This document shows positions 14,001-29,819 of a stretch of DNA of 64,000 nucleotides, piece by piece. The notes under the pieces were generated by a model. That model did not search any database, had not been told where the DNA came from, and worked only from the letters and a program-made list of their open reading frames with translations. Origin of the DNA: Octopus vulgaris (lineage: Eukaryota); the NCBI GenBank assembly GCA_951406725.2, contig OX597818.1, forward strand, positions 114,886,001 to 114,950,000, in the 5' to 3' direction. A program made the position numbers and the translations under genes. Numbering within the stretch: position 1 is the stretch's first letter; each line of letters opens with the position of its first letter.

Positions 14001-14239
14001 TGCGTATAAATTCCAATATATTCTTTTATATTTGTCGTTGTTTCAGTCATTAGGCTGTGGCATTGCTGGGGCACCGCCTTAGCTGAACGAATCGCCCCCA
14101 GTACATTAAAAAAAAAATCTGGTACTTATTCAACTGATCTCTTTTGCCGAAACCGTTAAGATACGGGGACGTAAACATACCAACACTGGCTGTCAATCGG
14201 TGGTGTGAAACAAGCAGACGCGCAAAAAACATTATTCTT

Positions 14240-14480
14240 CCACCTTTCTACTTCCGGTCTTTCAATATGTGACCTCGTGAGTACCGCTGGCGATTTTTTT
14301 CCTCTGTCTTCCCTTCTCGGGATCTTTCCTTATCCTATGTTTCCGACGAAGAGCTCCGCTCGAAACGTTAAACCCTCCTTCTTCCCTTCTTTCCTGAGCG
14401 TCCAATAATACTTTATTTGTTCCACGTCCTCGCGTTGTGTTTTTTGTCTTTTTTTGTGTTTTCTTGTTTGGATTATCTAT
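14240..14480 (+). mobile_element. hammerhead-bearing repeat, H1-related subfamily
   Basis: GTTT-CCGACGA-a-GAGC-TCC-GCTC-GAAA-CG-TT-AAAC at 14339-14373. Homologous to 22995-23165; ends at (TA)n. Confidence 0.65.
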
Positions 14481-14490
14481 ATATATATAT

Positions 14491-14955
14491 ATATTCTTTA
14501 TTAAAAAGCAGCAAAAATATCACAAAAGCTGTTACTCAGATTTTCACGTTTCGTTCGTCGGAAAGTTTTGTTTAGAATGGAACAAAAATAAGTTTATAAG
14601 CAAACATATACAATTAGTTTTATGGATACACATTTGAAAATGGTTTTGTTTCATTGGTCCTTTTAACTAACGATCTTTACAATGACCGATTGCATGCAAT
14701 GAACAAATTTCGGTATAAAATCATCTTATTATGAAATCAAAGAAAACCTTAAATCAAAAATAGCTTATAAAGGAGAGAATCAAAGTACCCAGGGTAAATA
14801 ATTATTTGTAGATTATTATTCAATTACGACATTAAAAGTTATATCCTTATTTCTGTTCCGTTCGAAACAAAACTGTCCGACGAACGGGAACGTGAAACTC
14901 TGTGTAACGAGTAAGAGCTTTCGTGATATTTGTGTTGCTTTTCAATAAAGCATAT
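14491..14955. mobile_element. inverted pair of hammerhead-like termini (Penelope pLTR-like)
   Basis: 14491-14584 is the reverse complement of about 14854-14955. Each arm has CCGACGA-ACG..CGT-GAAA-(C/A)TCTG(A/T)G-TA-AC. Confidence 0.65.
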
Positions 14956-15019
14956 TACTCTACTCTTGGTATTCGAGTACTATTTTCTCCATCTTGTTTT
15001 GCATTTATGTGATTACTCT

Positions 15020-15144
<125 letters not shown>

Positions 15145-15285
15145 AAATACACATACGACGGGCTTCTTCCAGTTTCCGTCTACCAAATTCACTCACAAGG
15201 TCGGCCCGAGGTTATAGTGGAAGACACTGAACCCGGGACCATGTGGTTGGTAAGCAAGCTACTTACCACACAGCCACTCCTGCAC

Positions 15286-15320
<35 letters not shown>

Positions 15321-15732
15321 CTGCTGTTAGGTTAAACTGTCGTATGTCCAAATGCATTTTTTTTTTCAATATTTAATTTTACTTGCTGTAGCCGGTTCTT
15401 TTGGACAAACTGTCGTCTTTCCAGATGCTTCAGATGGCAATGTGGCAAAAATTGTCAAAGTGTAGTACAACGGTTTATTTTTCAACATTGTAGTAAGTCC
15501 TACATACAACAGTTTGGCAATAATATTTCTCACTGAAAATATTATACATGCATGGAGTTACGAATTTATGCACCCAACAAAGTAATATTGCTAAATTAAA
15601 ACTGTTGCTAACGTATATGGTATATGGATTGTTGCTAAGAAATGGAACGGTGAAACTACTTTTGCGTTTTCTGAAAAAGCAACGTTATAGACTTACGACA
15701 CTTTTGCATAATAGCAACGATATATTTATATG

Positions 15733-15767
<35 letters not shown>

Positions 15768-15942
15768 TCACATCCAAGGGTCTTCTTTCAATTTCCGGCA
15801 ACCAAATCCGCTTACAAGGGTTTAGTTGGCCCGAGTCTATAGAAGAAGACACTTGCCCAAGATGACATGCAGTGGGACTGAACCCAGACAACATGTGTTT
15901 GGGAAGCAAGATTCTTATCACACGGCCACGCCTGCACCTAGA

Positions 15943-16005
<63 letters not shown>

Positions 16006-16006
<1 letters not shown>

Positions 16007-16415
16007 CTCTTTTTACTCTTTTTACTTGTTTCAGTCATTTGACTGCGGCCATGCTGGAGCACCGCCTTTAGTCGAGCAAATCGACCCCGGGACTTATTCT
16101 TTGTAAGCCCAGTACTTATTCTATCAGTCTCTTTTGCCGAACCGCTAAGTTACGGGGACGTAAACACACCAGCATCGGTTGTCAAGCAATGCTAGGGGAA
16201 CAAACACAGACACACAAACATATTCACACACACTTATATATATATACATATATACGACAGGCTTCTTTCAGTTTCCGTCTACCAAATCCACTCACAAGGC
16301 ATTGGTCGGCCCGGGGCTATAGCAGAAGACACGTGCCCAAGATGCCACGCAGTGGGACTGAACCCGGAACCATGTGGTTGGTTAGCAAGCTACTTACCAA
16401 ACAGCCACTCCTGCG

Positions 16416-16418
<3 letters not shown>
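16006..16418 (-). mobile_element. SINE family A, full length
   Basis: Head GGCGCAGGAGTGGCTG..TGGTAAG with B-box GGGTTCAGTCCC, TTGGGCA.GTGTCTTC block, internal microsatellite, tail GAAACAAGTAAAAAGAGTAAAAAGAG; embedded in (TA)n. Confidence 0.9.
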
Positions 16419-16499
<81 letters not shown>

Positions 16500-17430
16500 C
16501 TTATCAATCATTTTATGTTTTTCAAAACACGCACACACACTCACACACTCTTACACACAAATTCACACAACATACATACATACATACATACATACATACA
16601 TACATACATACATACATACATACATACATACATACATACATACATACATACATGCATACATACATACATATGTGTGGGGGGATGGATGGATGGATGTTTT
16701 TTTGCATACTCGTATAGACACAGACAGACATAAACATTCGTAGTCCGTTTTCAATTATGTTGCCAGTCCCATGCCGATCCAGGTAGCTTGACTAAGATTC
16801 ATGGCCGGCATCCAATCTCGCGGTGACACCGAGAAGCAGTTGTTTTACCTGGTTGAAATGTCCTGACCTGTACATGAGAGTTGATCGTAGAATTCGTTCT
16901 TTCTGCCTTGTGTAGAGTGACGTTTAGATATATATACACAGTAACAAGCCCATCGGTAGTATGGAATCGAAGAGGGAAGATGCGTTCGATCCTCTCTCCC
17001 TGCGCTCCATCATATGTAGTAGTGTGTTTCTCCCAGCAGAGCCAACACCATGGTTTCATCTAAGACTCTTTCCCTGCCTGAATAATATATAATAGCTTTT
17101 GCGTTCAGTTCTTCATTCTGCATGACGTGTTTCTTGTAGCGTTGCGATGTTCACTTGAAATTTTAACTCTTGCTTATTAATTGTCGAAGTTTATCGCGTG
17201 TCGCTGATCTTCAGGACATAATCTGATAATCCCAGGATTATAGTCAGTACGTTCGAGCATTCTAATCCAATGTGAGTAGTGGATTCTTTTGTCTTTTTGT
17301 TATGTTTGATACAATGTAAACCAACCGTGATTCGGGACACTTGCATCCCTAAGCCTTATACACCCAGTTAAGCGGGGTACTGAGTCGGGACGGCACCTAA
17401 TTGGCAAGGGATTGATAGACAGATAGATAA

Positions 17431-17502
<72 letters not shown>

Positions 17503-17879
17503 TCAGACAGACAGGCAAGCAGACAGACAGAGAGCAAACAGACGGACGGACGGATAGATGGACGGACGGACGGATAGATGGACGGACGGACGGACGGTCG
17601 GATGGATGGATTGATGAATGAAGGGATAAAACCGATTATATAATAAAGGATATCTTTTAATGACTAAAATTTACTTACGGAGTTTATTGTGTGTCATTAT
17701 TAAGTGTTAAGCGCAAGTATATAACGAATAGAAATTATGTGTCAAACCTATCAAAGACAGACAGACAGACAGATCAAAAGGGATCGTGTATCACAGAAAG
17801 AAATTTTTTAAAAGTAAGAAACAAGCTTATGTTTATCCGTGGAAAGAAAGGCCTGCGGAAAAAACCACGGTAACCTCAA

Positions 17880-18290
17880 GCAGGGAGGAAATAAACAAAT
17901 GAGAGCAAAGTGCTCTCTCTTTCTCTCTCTCTCTCTTTACGATTTATAAGATCATGTTCAAAGTGGTTTCGTCACTCGCACGGACCATCTTTGCTACATT
18001 CACCCACGTTTTTTTGAAACTTTCACGAGATAAAACCGCCTCTCCATTCTCACCTTCCTTTTCACGTGGTACTTGAAAAAGTTGATGAGCGATTGGCCAG
18101 AAAGGTAACTGTTTGTTTCTAATCCTTTCGCACGGGTCCACCACACAGATTCTTTTACCATGGCCATCAGTACGATGAACACTGCTTTGCCTTCCCGGTT
18201 GAGTGAAGGTGGCGGAGCAAATATCACGATAGACTCGGCCGACAGGCGGACTCGTCTCACACGTAACAGCAGCCGTTCGTCATAAGTCGA
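17880..18290 (-). mobile_element. L1/Tx1-like non-LTR retrotransposon, ORF2 C-terminal fragment
   Basis: Frameshifted peptide RVRLSAESIV..VWWTRAKG..LINFFKYHVKRKVRMER..FKKTW resembles the ends of L1/Tx1 ORF2. A second homologous copy lies at 38780-39290. Clade assigned from memory. Confidence 0.55.
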
Positions 18291-18321
18291 ACAGCTGGCT
18301 AGATAGATAGGTAGGTAGATT

Positions 18322-18420
<99 letters not shown>

Positions 18421-19326
18421 GGACGGACAGACAGTGACAGACATACTTAAAGGAGAATCGGGATTAATTGTGATTTCCAGAAAGAGAAATCGACCGGCTA
18501 ATTCGTACATTACAAGTGCAATCTGTGAGTAGAACAATAAAAATATGCAAGACTTTTCTCAAGTTCCAAATGTGAATTTGTGTGAGCTAACTACATCCCA
18601 AAGATGGAGCCTTTTATATTTGTTGAAAACCGGCTCCCTCCTCAGTGAAAGATTTATAATAATCAAAAAATAGAAGAGACATACATACAACAAAAGTGTC
18701 TGAAGCATGTATGTGTATGTGTGTGTGTGTTTTTGTACATGTGCATGTATATTGCTGTATAACTATGTGCGAATGGTTGTATCAAAGAATAAATACAAGT
18801 ATTTCGTTATGCTTAGTTTTTACACAAATGCGTGATTTTTAACGTACCAGTGGAATTTTACTGAGCTGTCATTTAAAACAAACACGTTATCGACCGACTG
18901 TTCATCGAAGCAATGTTAGGTTATTCCTACAACTAGAATGGATTATCCAACGAGATGGATTTTGACAGCAAGCCGAAGGGGAAGATCACATAACACACTG
19001 GAATGCATCTGATTTAGATAATTCTGTATAAGAATATATATATATATGGTAATCTGAACTGATTTTCTTAGATGATGTAAGTACATAGGAAATATTATTT
19101 TTTCTAATGATATTCGCTCTTAGGTAATAAATACACATACATGTTGCGTGTTCAGGAAAGTTAACTACAGCACGGATTGCTACGGGAGGTTTACGCAGTA
19201 CATGCAGATAAACCAGAAGTTGTTGACGTGGAATGTTATGACGCAAGATTGATTTTTATAGAAGTTGATGAAACAATTGTAAAATAATAAATGTTATTAA
19301 CTAATTCCATTCTTTGCTATCATTTT

Positions 19327-19418
<92 letters not shown>

Positions 19419-19419
<1 letters not shown>

Positions 19420-19670
19420 TGTGCGGCTTAGTGGTTAGAGTATTCGGCATACGATCGTATGGTTCTGAGTTTGATTCACCACGGCGCGTTGGGCTCTTGA
19501 GAGAGAGAGAGAGCGTCATTTCACTTTCCTCGAGTCCACTCAGCTCCTCACAAAATTGACTTGTACCTATAAAGGCCAACCATGTCACACTGAATCTCCC
19601 GAAGAGTTACGTTAATGGTACACAGGTCTATGAAGTGCCCAGCCATTTGCACCTTAATTTCCCTAGTTAA
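19419..19670 (+). mobile_element. tRNA-derived SINE, third family (diverged)
   Basis: A-box-like GGCTTAGTGGTT and B-box-like GAGTTTGATTC, followed by a body unrelated to families A and B. Confidence 0.5.
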
Positions 19671-20337
19671 TGTGTTAAGTTTTAGTTTAATAGAACCTAA
19701 ATGTGTTGACCATCGAAACTTTGAATTTGTGTAGAAGGTACGCGTTTGGATTCTAGGTTCAGTCCTGAATAACACAGACCTAATCCTTTGACAGATTATA
19801 CATGATATATTGGCTTTGTTTTTAATTGTATTAGAAGCTATTACGGGATGTTCCTGGTGCGAAAGACCTGCAGTGTCTTGTTTGTTTTCTTCATACCTCA
19901 TCTTATCAAATTAACTGTCTAAATAGAGACCTGTAACTTGGGTTAAATTTATATGATGAAGAAGAATAGTCGACGAACACGTCGAAGGAATGGAAGAATG
20001 AATACAAAACACAGAAGACAGGATACCGAATAAATCTGACAATATCCCTTTAAAAGATATTACTGTAGCTGTTAGAAAACCTCATCAGCCACACAATAGA
20101 GTTATCGTCTGCATGTTACATTACTACACGAGATATGGCGCACAAGTATCGATAGCTGTAGTTAGTCAATAAAGGCTTTATTGTAAAAAGGAACATTTTC
20201 ACAATTTATTAGAATTATTCTTTAATCTTTCTCAGTCATTAAGTTGTAGCCATGCTGGAGCACCGCCTTATTATGAATATTTTACAAATCAACACTTGTA
20301 GCTATTTGAAACATATTACGTATTCTATTCTAGTATA

Positions 20338-20381
<44 letters not shown>

Positions 20382-20452
20382 CATGTAGTATGTATGCATG
20401 CGTTTATGTTTATATATATATACATACATGCATACATACATACATACATACA

Positions 20453-20541
<89 letters not shown>

Positions 20542-20544
20542 AAG

Positions 20545-21555
<1,011 letters not shown>

Positions 21556-21591
21556 ATATGTATATATGTATATATGTATACATATATATAT

Positions 21592-21628
<37 letters not shown>

Positions 21629-22560
21629 TACATATATACACACATATATATATATATTTATATAAATATATACGTATATATATACATATATATATATACA
21701 TATATACATATAATATATATATATGCATATGCATATTCATGTATATATTTATGTGTGTCTTTGTGTCTATGCTTTTCCCCCGCCATCACTTAACGGCCGA
21801 CGTTGATGTGTTTACGTAACCGTAACTTAGCTGTTCGACAAACGATTCCGATGGAATAAGTACTAGGCTTACAAAAAGTAAGTCCTGGGGTCTGTTTTTT
21901 CCACTAAAAAAAACCCTTTGAAGCGGTGCTCCAGCATGGCCACAATAAAATTACTGAAGCAAATAAAAAAAATAGAGAGAGAGAGAAGGGGAGAGATATA
22001 TATATAACCTTTTGTTTTGTTTTCTACTTACGTAAACACTTATAGCTCCCTCTGTCGGCATTATTCTCTCTGTCTTTATTCCTTACCCATTTCTCTTTCC
22101 TGCCTTTGCACCCTCTGTCTTGCAATTTTTTCTCGTCTTTCTGTCTCGTTTGCATCAAACTTTAATTTATAATGCTATTTTGATTTACGTTTACTTTCGT
22201 TCTGTCCTGACGAGTTAGATTCGCCGTTGCATATCAGTTAATTATGTATGTTAATTAATTACACAATTATGTCAATGACGTTTTTCTCCCATCGTCAAAC
22301 ACAAATTAAGAAGCGTATGAAAAATTTACGCTTCCTTGCCGTTTATTATTCCATATATGTTAGTTTGCGTGTGAGAAATTATATGTGTGTGTGTGTGGGG
22401 GGTTAGTGTGTGTGTGTGTGTGTATGTGCTTGTATGTGTATATATGTGTGTGCGTGAGTAAAGGTAAGAGACAAAGATCAAGGTGTAGGAACTAAGTAAG
22501 CTTCGAGCAATCCATTCCTTGGATATCGATATTTATATATATATATATATATATATACAG

Positions 22561-22644
<84 letters not shown>

Positions 22645-22807
22645 GATTGGCTGCTTTCCAGCCGTCTACCAAATCCACTCACAAGGCTTTGGTCGGCTGG
22701 AGGTTATAGTAGAAAACTTGCCCAAGGTGCCACATAGTGGAACTGAACCTGGAATCATATGATTAGGAAGCAATCTTCTTACCACACACCCAGACATGCG
22801 TATATAT

Positions 22808-22920
22808 AGGAGTAGAATTCACAAAAAAAAAGACGAAGACAGATGGGGTAGACAACAAACAGATGTATTAATTTAACGCTCAGGAAGTGAAAAAGTCTTC
22901 AACGTTTCGAGCGTATATAT

Positions 22921-22997
<77 letters not shown>

Positions 22998-23165
22998 TGA
23001 TTTTCTTCCTCCGTCTTCCTTTCTATTGGACTTTCCTCTATTTCTGATGAAGAGCATTGCTCGAAACTTTAAACCATCTGTCTTTCCTTCCCTGAACCTC
23101 TGCTAATACTCTACATGTACCACGTTGTTGTTTTTTTGTGTTTGTTCTCCTTTTTGGGGATTTAC
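22808..23165. mobile_element. head-to-head H1(-) fragment and H1-related(+) copy around a (TA)n(GA)n tract
   Basis: Minus fragment 22808-22914 ends inside the hammerhead (ACGTTTCGAGC). The plus copy has TTT-CTGATGA-a-GAGC-ATT-GCTC-GAAA-CTTT-AAA at 23041-23073. Confidence 0.65.
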
Positions 23166-23599
23166 TATATATATATATATTATATTATATTATACCATAT
23201 TATATTATATTATGTTATATTATATTATATCATATGGCGTGTGCATAAATTAAAAACAAATTGCGTACAAAATTCACGATGGCTGTTTTGGAAAAATTTT
23301 ATTTAATGCAGTCATAAAAGATCGCATCATAATATATAATCCGCCATTCCATTTTCATATAACATTTTAAACAGGTAAGATCTTAAACATTCACCTGGAC
23401 ATAGCCAACGTTCATTGGACGAGTCTACCAAAACAGCTGTTTTAAATTTCAGACGCCATTTGGGTTTACTTCTTACATCTGTGTCATATATACCAAATCA
23501 AATTGAAATCTATGGCTTAAATTAGATTTGGTACTCGCATATCTACGGTATCCTACCATCACTTGATGTATTCAACGTTGTTTATTTCAAAGAGAACTA

Positions 23600-23626
23600 T
23601 ACAGACAGACAGATAAAGAAATAAAC

Positions 23627-23713
<87 letters not shown>

Positions 23714-23764
23714 CAGACAGAGTTAGATAGATGGAAAGACAGACAGACAGATAGAAATAAATAT

Positions 23765-23817
<53 letters not shown>

Positions 23818-23874
23818 CAGGGTTAGATAGATGGAAAGACAGACAGACAGATTGAGATAAATATATAGGTAGAT

Positions 23875-23960
<86 letters not shown>
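23600..23960. repeat. (GATA)n/(GACA)n compound microsatellite with a duplicated interruption
   Basis: Visible. GTTAGATAGATGGAAAGACAGACAGACAGAT occurs twice. Confidence 0.9.
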
Positions 23961-24185
23961 CTGCACTCTTGGCAGTATTTTTTTAGTTCATTATATTAAT
24001 CTACTCTGTTTGTAGTGAGTGATTTTCAAGATCTACTACGCTAATATTTTAGCTATTTTTAACTAGATTGTCCTCTGGCAAATGTCTGTGATCATTATTA
24101 TAGCAATGTTTGATGTTGCACTCTACAATCAAACTACAGTTATTATTTCCTCATTTTGTCTTCTAACTAACTTATTTTCAATTTT

Positions 24186-24343
24186 GGCTGTGTGGTAAGT
24201 AGCTTGCTAACCAACCACATGGTTCCGGATTCAGTCCCACTGCGTTGCATCTTGGGCAAGTGTCTTCTACTATAGCCCCGGGCCGACCAATGCCTTGTGA
24301 GTGGATTTGGTAGACGGAAACTGAAAGAAGCCTGTCGTATATG

Positions 24344-24374
<31 letters not shown>

Positions 24375-24590
24375 TTGTGTGTCTGTGTTTGTCCCCCTAG
24401 CATTGCTTGACAACCCATGCTGTTGTGTTTACATCCCCGTCACTTAGCGGTTCGGCAAAAGAGACCGATAGAATAAGTACTGGGCTTACAAAGAATAAGT
24501 CCCGAGGTCGATTTGCTCGACTAAAGGCGGTGCTCCAGCATGGCCGCAGTCAAATGACTGAAACAAGTAAAAGAGAGAAAGAGAAAGAGA
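24186..24590 (+). mobile_element. SINE family A, full length
   Basis: TGGCTGTGTGGTAAGTAGCTTG head through the GAAACAAGTAAAAGAG tail. Confidence 0.9.
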
Positions 24591-25820
24591 GACTAGATAT
24601 TATTATTGGTGTAGTTGTTACATTGATGTCTACTAATTATTCTCTTTTTAAAATTTTCCAGTAAATAACAAGATTAAACATGTAACGCGTTTTTGCATGT
24701 ATCACTCTTAAATATCATTTCTAAATGATTTTAGCCAGTTAATTTCAAGTATTTTCAAATGCGTATTACACCTCATCATAAATTTCTTTTACTTAAACAG
24801 CACTAAATTATAATTCTCTCAATATTTTCTTCTTCATGAAGGCTTTACTCGAATTATATCCTCATATATTTTCCACAATCCAACACAGAATCTTTAATTG
24901 ATCGCACTATCTTACATATAGCTTTTATATAATCTCTCTCCTCGCCATGAATCACAGCAAACTCAAAACATTCGTATCCAAATCACAACTTATTCTTACA
25001 CATTCTATTAACATTTAACTTTGTTTCATTGCTAACTTCGCGTATTAATGAGAGTCGATAATATCATTTGACGATGCAATCATTACCATTTCCGTTATTT
25101 CTTAAATTTACAGTCTTCTACTTACGATTTCTTCCTTGTTTTTGTCTTTGGTTGTGAAAAGTCTTCATGCACAGCATTTGTGTGACTTGTATTTATGAGC
25201 TTCATTTTGAATGCAGGTCACCTGTTCGATTGTAATCGTTTAAATTTTTCCCCTATCTAGTTTGTTAATCTTGCATTCTTTTATTCGTTACTCTCTAAAC
25301 TAAGGCCGTTACTTGGGACGTAAATAATAATGAATGTCGAACTTACTTTACTGATCGCTTAATAACAAAAAGTAAGACTCAACTGCGCTTAAAGGGAGGT
25401 AACCTAAACTGATCGAAATTTTGGCGCAAAGCCAGCAATTTTAAGGGAGGGTTTAAGTCGATTATATCGACCCCAGTGCACGACTGGTACTTTTATTATC
25501 GATTTCGAAAGGATGAAATTCGAAGTTGATCTCGACGGAATTTTAACTAAAACCGTAAAGAAGGATAAAATACCCTAAGCATTTTAGCATTTTGCCCAGC
25601 GTGCTAAATGATTGAAACTGGCTGTTTTTGTTCAATAAACTGGTTTTTTTTTGTCGTGCACCGATATTTACATTTACCATTTGTGTGCAAGAGTGCCGGC
25701 ACACACATATATTGTAACATTAATAAATAAAGAACCTTATAGTGTACAGCTATTAAAGATATGGTGCTACAGCTAACGTTTAACTTTCAAATACAAAAAG
25801 ACAATATTAATACCGAAGAA

Positions 25821-26385
25821 GGTGGCGAGCTGGCAGAAACATTAGCACGCCGGGCGAAATGCTTAGAGGTATTTCGTCTACCGCTACGTTCTGAGTTCAC
25901 ATTCTGCCGAGGTCGACTTTGCCTTTCATCCTTTCGAGGTCGATAACCTAAGTACCAGTTACGCATTGGAGTCGATGTACTCGACTTAATCCGTTTGTCC
26001 TCTCTGCGTTTAGCCCCTTGTGGGTAGTAAAGAAATAGGTATTTCGTCTGTCGTTACGTTCTGAGTTCACATTCCGCCGAGGTCGACTTTGCCTTTCATC
26101 CTTTCGGGGTCGATTAAATAAGTACCAGTTACGCACTGGGGTCGATATAATCGACTTAATTCGGTTGTCTGTCCTTGTTTGTCCTCTCTGTGTTTAGCCC
26201 CTTGTGGGTAGAAATAGGTATTTCTTCTCCCTTTATGTTCTGAGCTCAGATTCCACCGAGGTCGACTTTGTCTTTCATCCTTTCGGGGCCGATAAATTAA
26301 GTATCAGTTGCGTACTGGGGTAGATCTAATCGACTGGCCCCCTCCCCAAAAATTTCGGACCATATGCCTGGAATAGAAAAGAATA
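25821..26385 (+). mobile_element. SINE family B, head-to-tail trimer
   Basis: One head and three repeats of GGTATTTC..GTTCTGAG..GAGGTCGACTTTG..CTTTCGGGG; the last unit has the alternative tail. Confidence 0.9.
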
Positions 26386-26979
26386 TTCATGCTGAAAAAC
26401 CGATTTACAGAAACCTAACTTAAAGTACAAAACGGAACCTGGGACCTTGCAGAAATTTCTGGGGATTAAAAAATTTATGGAACAAGATGAATGATCATCG
26501 CGTAGCTCTTTCATCAGTGATTTATGAATAGAAAATGAAACGAATAGAAGAAAATATTCTCTTTTCATTCGTTTAAGGTTTTAGTGTGGTTCCACTATGT
26601 AAACGTACCAAATATGCCGTACATAAACAATAAGCATTGTGACAACAGCTTCCGCGATTCTTACTAGATTAGCGCAGATAAATTCCAACATTCATCTTTA
26701 TGCGTGAAAGTAATTTATGATTAAAACCATCATTAACAAAAATAAAAGAATAATTGGAATCGTTTATAATGGGGAGTGCAATTGGAAAATATCCAGATGC
26801 AATAAATTATTTAATGATACAACTCAAGAGACAGATATGCAGGCGTAGCTGCGTGGAAAGAAGTTTGCATCCCAAAATAAAAGGTTTATCATTCAGTCAC
26901 ACTATTTAACATCAAGGGCAAGTGTCTTCTGCAACAGTCTCGGACCGATCAAATGAGAAAATACGAGAACGGAGCGGAA

Positions 26980-27190
26980 TGAGCGATGTAATCGTAGAAT
27001 GACACGACGTAATGTTCAAAGACCACTGTAGAACCCGTGCAGTTGCCGAGTTGTATTCAAGAAATTGGAAAAGGCTACTTGGAAGGCCTCTACGCTGATG
27101 CGAGGGCGATCTAGTTGGGCAATTTTGATTAAAATGGTAAAGAATGGCACAATCACAACAGAACTGAAAGTGCATTGTGACTAGCGATGC
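26980..27190 (+). mobile_element. RTE-like LINE C-terminal remnant
   Basis: Reads LYSRNWKRLLGRPLR*..W*RMAQS, resembling the KRxxGRPxxRW..W..AQ motif of RTE-clade ORF ends; contains stops. Confidence 0.5.
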
Positions 27191-27551
27191 ATAACCTCAT
27201 CTGATGATCTGGTGAACACTGTGATACTGAGATATTATATCTATTGTAAACCCACCGAAATCAGCATAGCCTTTCGTCCTGTCGGAATCAAGTGGAGAAC
27301 TGGAATCGATCAAATTGACAGGCCCATCCCCATAAATGTTCAAGCCTTGTTCCTATAACAGAAAGAATTATGCATATCATGAACTATAACTGCGTTGGTG
27401 ATACATTTCCAACGAGAAGACCGCTAGTTAAATGGATTTCCATTGGTAAAAGTGATAAGGGGATGTCTGTGAAACTCGGGCGTAATTAATACAACAGCGT
27501 ACCTGCATTTTCCCGAAGACACATGTTTAGGAATTTTTTTTTTCTTTTCTG

Positions 27552-27590
<39 letters not shown>

Positions 27591-28030
27591 TTTTTCTTAA
27601 GTGTATATCTTTGTTCCAAGTATACCGGTGTAAGACATATACGATCTACGTCTTCGTGTATCCTTCATCCGTTTCTGCGATATTCTTCAGTTTTCCAATC
27701 AATTGTACTACCTATTCGTTGGATTAACGTGCATGAAAGTGCGCATGTCCTATACGCAATTACACTTAGAATATTAATCGTCCTACAGTGTGTAACAAAG
27801 CAGAACCATTTAAATACATGCACAATCCGCGCACATCCACAGTCCGTATCTACTAAGATTTCAGTCAACCCGAAGCTATAGTAATAGACAGACGTCTCAA
27901 GTGCTAAACGGAATTGAACGTAAACCTCAGGTTTCCAAAAGGCACTTCTATAACTCTAAGCCATGCCGGCATCCAGAAAAATGCACAAATTAGAAACATT
28001 CCCGTTCACACGCATACAAACATACACTCG

Positions 28031-28087
<57 letters not shown>

Positions 28088-28674
28088 ACCACCCCACACG
28101 GCAAACGTACACACGCACGCACGCAAGCACACAAATACTGCGTGACACAGACACACAAACATACACACACACACACATACACTACACGACGCTTATCTGT
28201 AAGCTTTTATAGGGATGTGCACATGCGCAGAAAGATATATATTCACACTTCCTCAAATATAATGAATCACATTATTTTCATATTGCCCTTCTTTGCTGTT
28301 TTAATCCTATTTTCATGCATATTTGAAGTGATGCACACAATAGATTCACAAGCATACACGCAACCAAAGCTAAATACACACACACGCACACACACACACA
28401 CACACACACAGAGAAACATATATATATATGGCACGGCCGTACAGTTCTCTGCAAACAGCGTATTTGATTCCCATAAGCAAATGTTTTTCTATGGATTAAA
28501 TATATTAAATATATATATTCAATAAGCATATTGTATGTCATAGCATATCTCCATACGTAGTTTGATTCCTTCAATGCGCAGCCGCTGCCATAAGCAATTG
28601 TGATTTGTTTGGTATCAACATTTCTGATCGGGTCTTGTGCCTTGATTAGAAAAGTATATCTGTTCAGGCTCTAA

Positions 28675-29040
28675 GGTGGCGAGATGGCAGAAACGTTAGC
28701 ACGCTGGGCGAAATGCGTAGCCGTATTTCGTCTGCCGCTACGTTCTGAGTTCAAATTCCGCCGAGGTCGACTTTGCCTTACACACTCGGGTCGACATTAA
28801 TCGACTTAATCCGTTTGTCTGTCCTTGTTTGTCCTCTCTGTATTTAGCCCCTTGTGAGTAGTAAAGAAATAGGTATTTCGTCTGCCGCTACGTCCTGAGT
28901 TCAAATTCTGCCGAGGTCGACTTTGCCTTTCATCCTTTCGGGGGTCGATAAATTAAGTTGCAGCTGCGTACTTGGGTCGATTTAATCGACTGGCTCCCTC
29001 CCCCAAAATTTCGGGTTTGTGCCTAGAGTAGAACAGAATA
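28675..29040 (+). mobile_element. SINE family B dimer
   Basis: Head, a unit ending GTAGTAAAGAAATAGGTATTTCG, and a second unit with the CCCCAAAATTTCGGG..GCCTAGAGTAGAA tail. Confidence 0.9.
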
Positions 29041-29592
29041 ATTTCTAATTATGTTGCTGGTTAAATGTGAGCATACACACACGTGAGTTTAGTGCATACA
29101 TGATCACAAAGCGAGTTAGCTATCAACTTGGTGTTAATAAGAATTGGGAGGTTAAAAGTAAACTTAATTCATCCTTACCTTAAAGTAAATTAAGTTAAGT
29201 TAGCGGTTACTAAAAAATGCATTCTCATTCATGGTGCAAAATTACATTTATATACGAGTAGGCAACTCGACAGTCGTTCAGAAATTCTATTAACTATTTT
29301 CTTGTTAGTCTACAGAATAGACAGAGATTCCATGAAGTAAAGACGGCATTTCCTGGAAATTATATTGTATGGTTTCGCATACCTTAGTATGGACCAATTA
29401 ATGCTGTATTTCGTTTTATCCACCTTCAGTCGCCAAATCCATTCTCAAGACTTTGGTCGGCCCGAAGCTAAAATAGAAGACACTTGCCCAGGGTTCTTCG
29501 TAAAGGGGACTGGCCAGGGACTACGTGGTTGGGAAGCAAACTTCGCACCACACAGCCACGCTTCTTCTTTATATTACATCAATTTGATGTGT

Positions 29593-29656
<64 letters not shown>

Positions 29657-29819
29657 ACGCACCCGCGCGCATCTGTTTGCGTTTTTTCTCGACGTAATTT
29701 GTCTCCTTAACACATTCTGAAAACTGGTGTTGGTTTTTTTACGTCTCTGTTACGACAAAAAGATACAAGATAGCTTCGTCTTTTGGTAGCCGTCGTAGCT
29801 CTTATGTATTCTTATATTC

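Noticed and set aside
13636-14074. Long ORFs of YI/MYVC/HT/CV repeats here and throughout (e.g. 62524-63254)
   Set aside because: They are translations of stop-free microsatellites, not genes.
16189-16743. Recurrent ORFs such as [15 protein letters not shown] or AVLQHGRSQMTETSK
   Set aside because: They are chance frames within SINE family A copies.
16750-17410. Possible Tx1-like ORF1 remnant (CWLC..H)
   Set aside because: Similarity is too weak and fragmented to support.
22204-22330. CTGACGA followed by hairpins
   Set aside because: No properly placed GAAA/stem III.
25821-26385. Regularly repeated units as a CRISPR array or tRNA gene cluster
   Set aside because: No unique spacers, eukaryotic context and no complete cloverleaf; these are SINE multimers.
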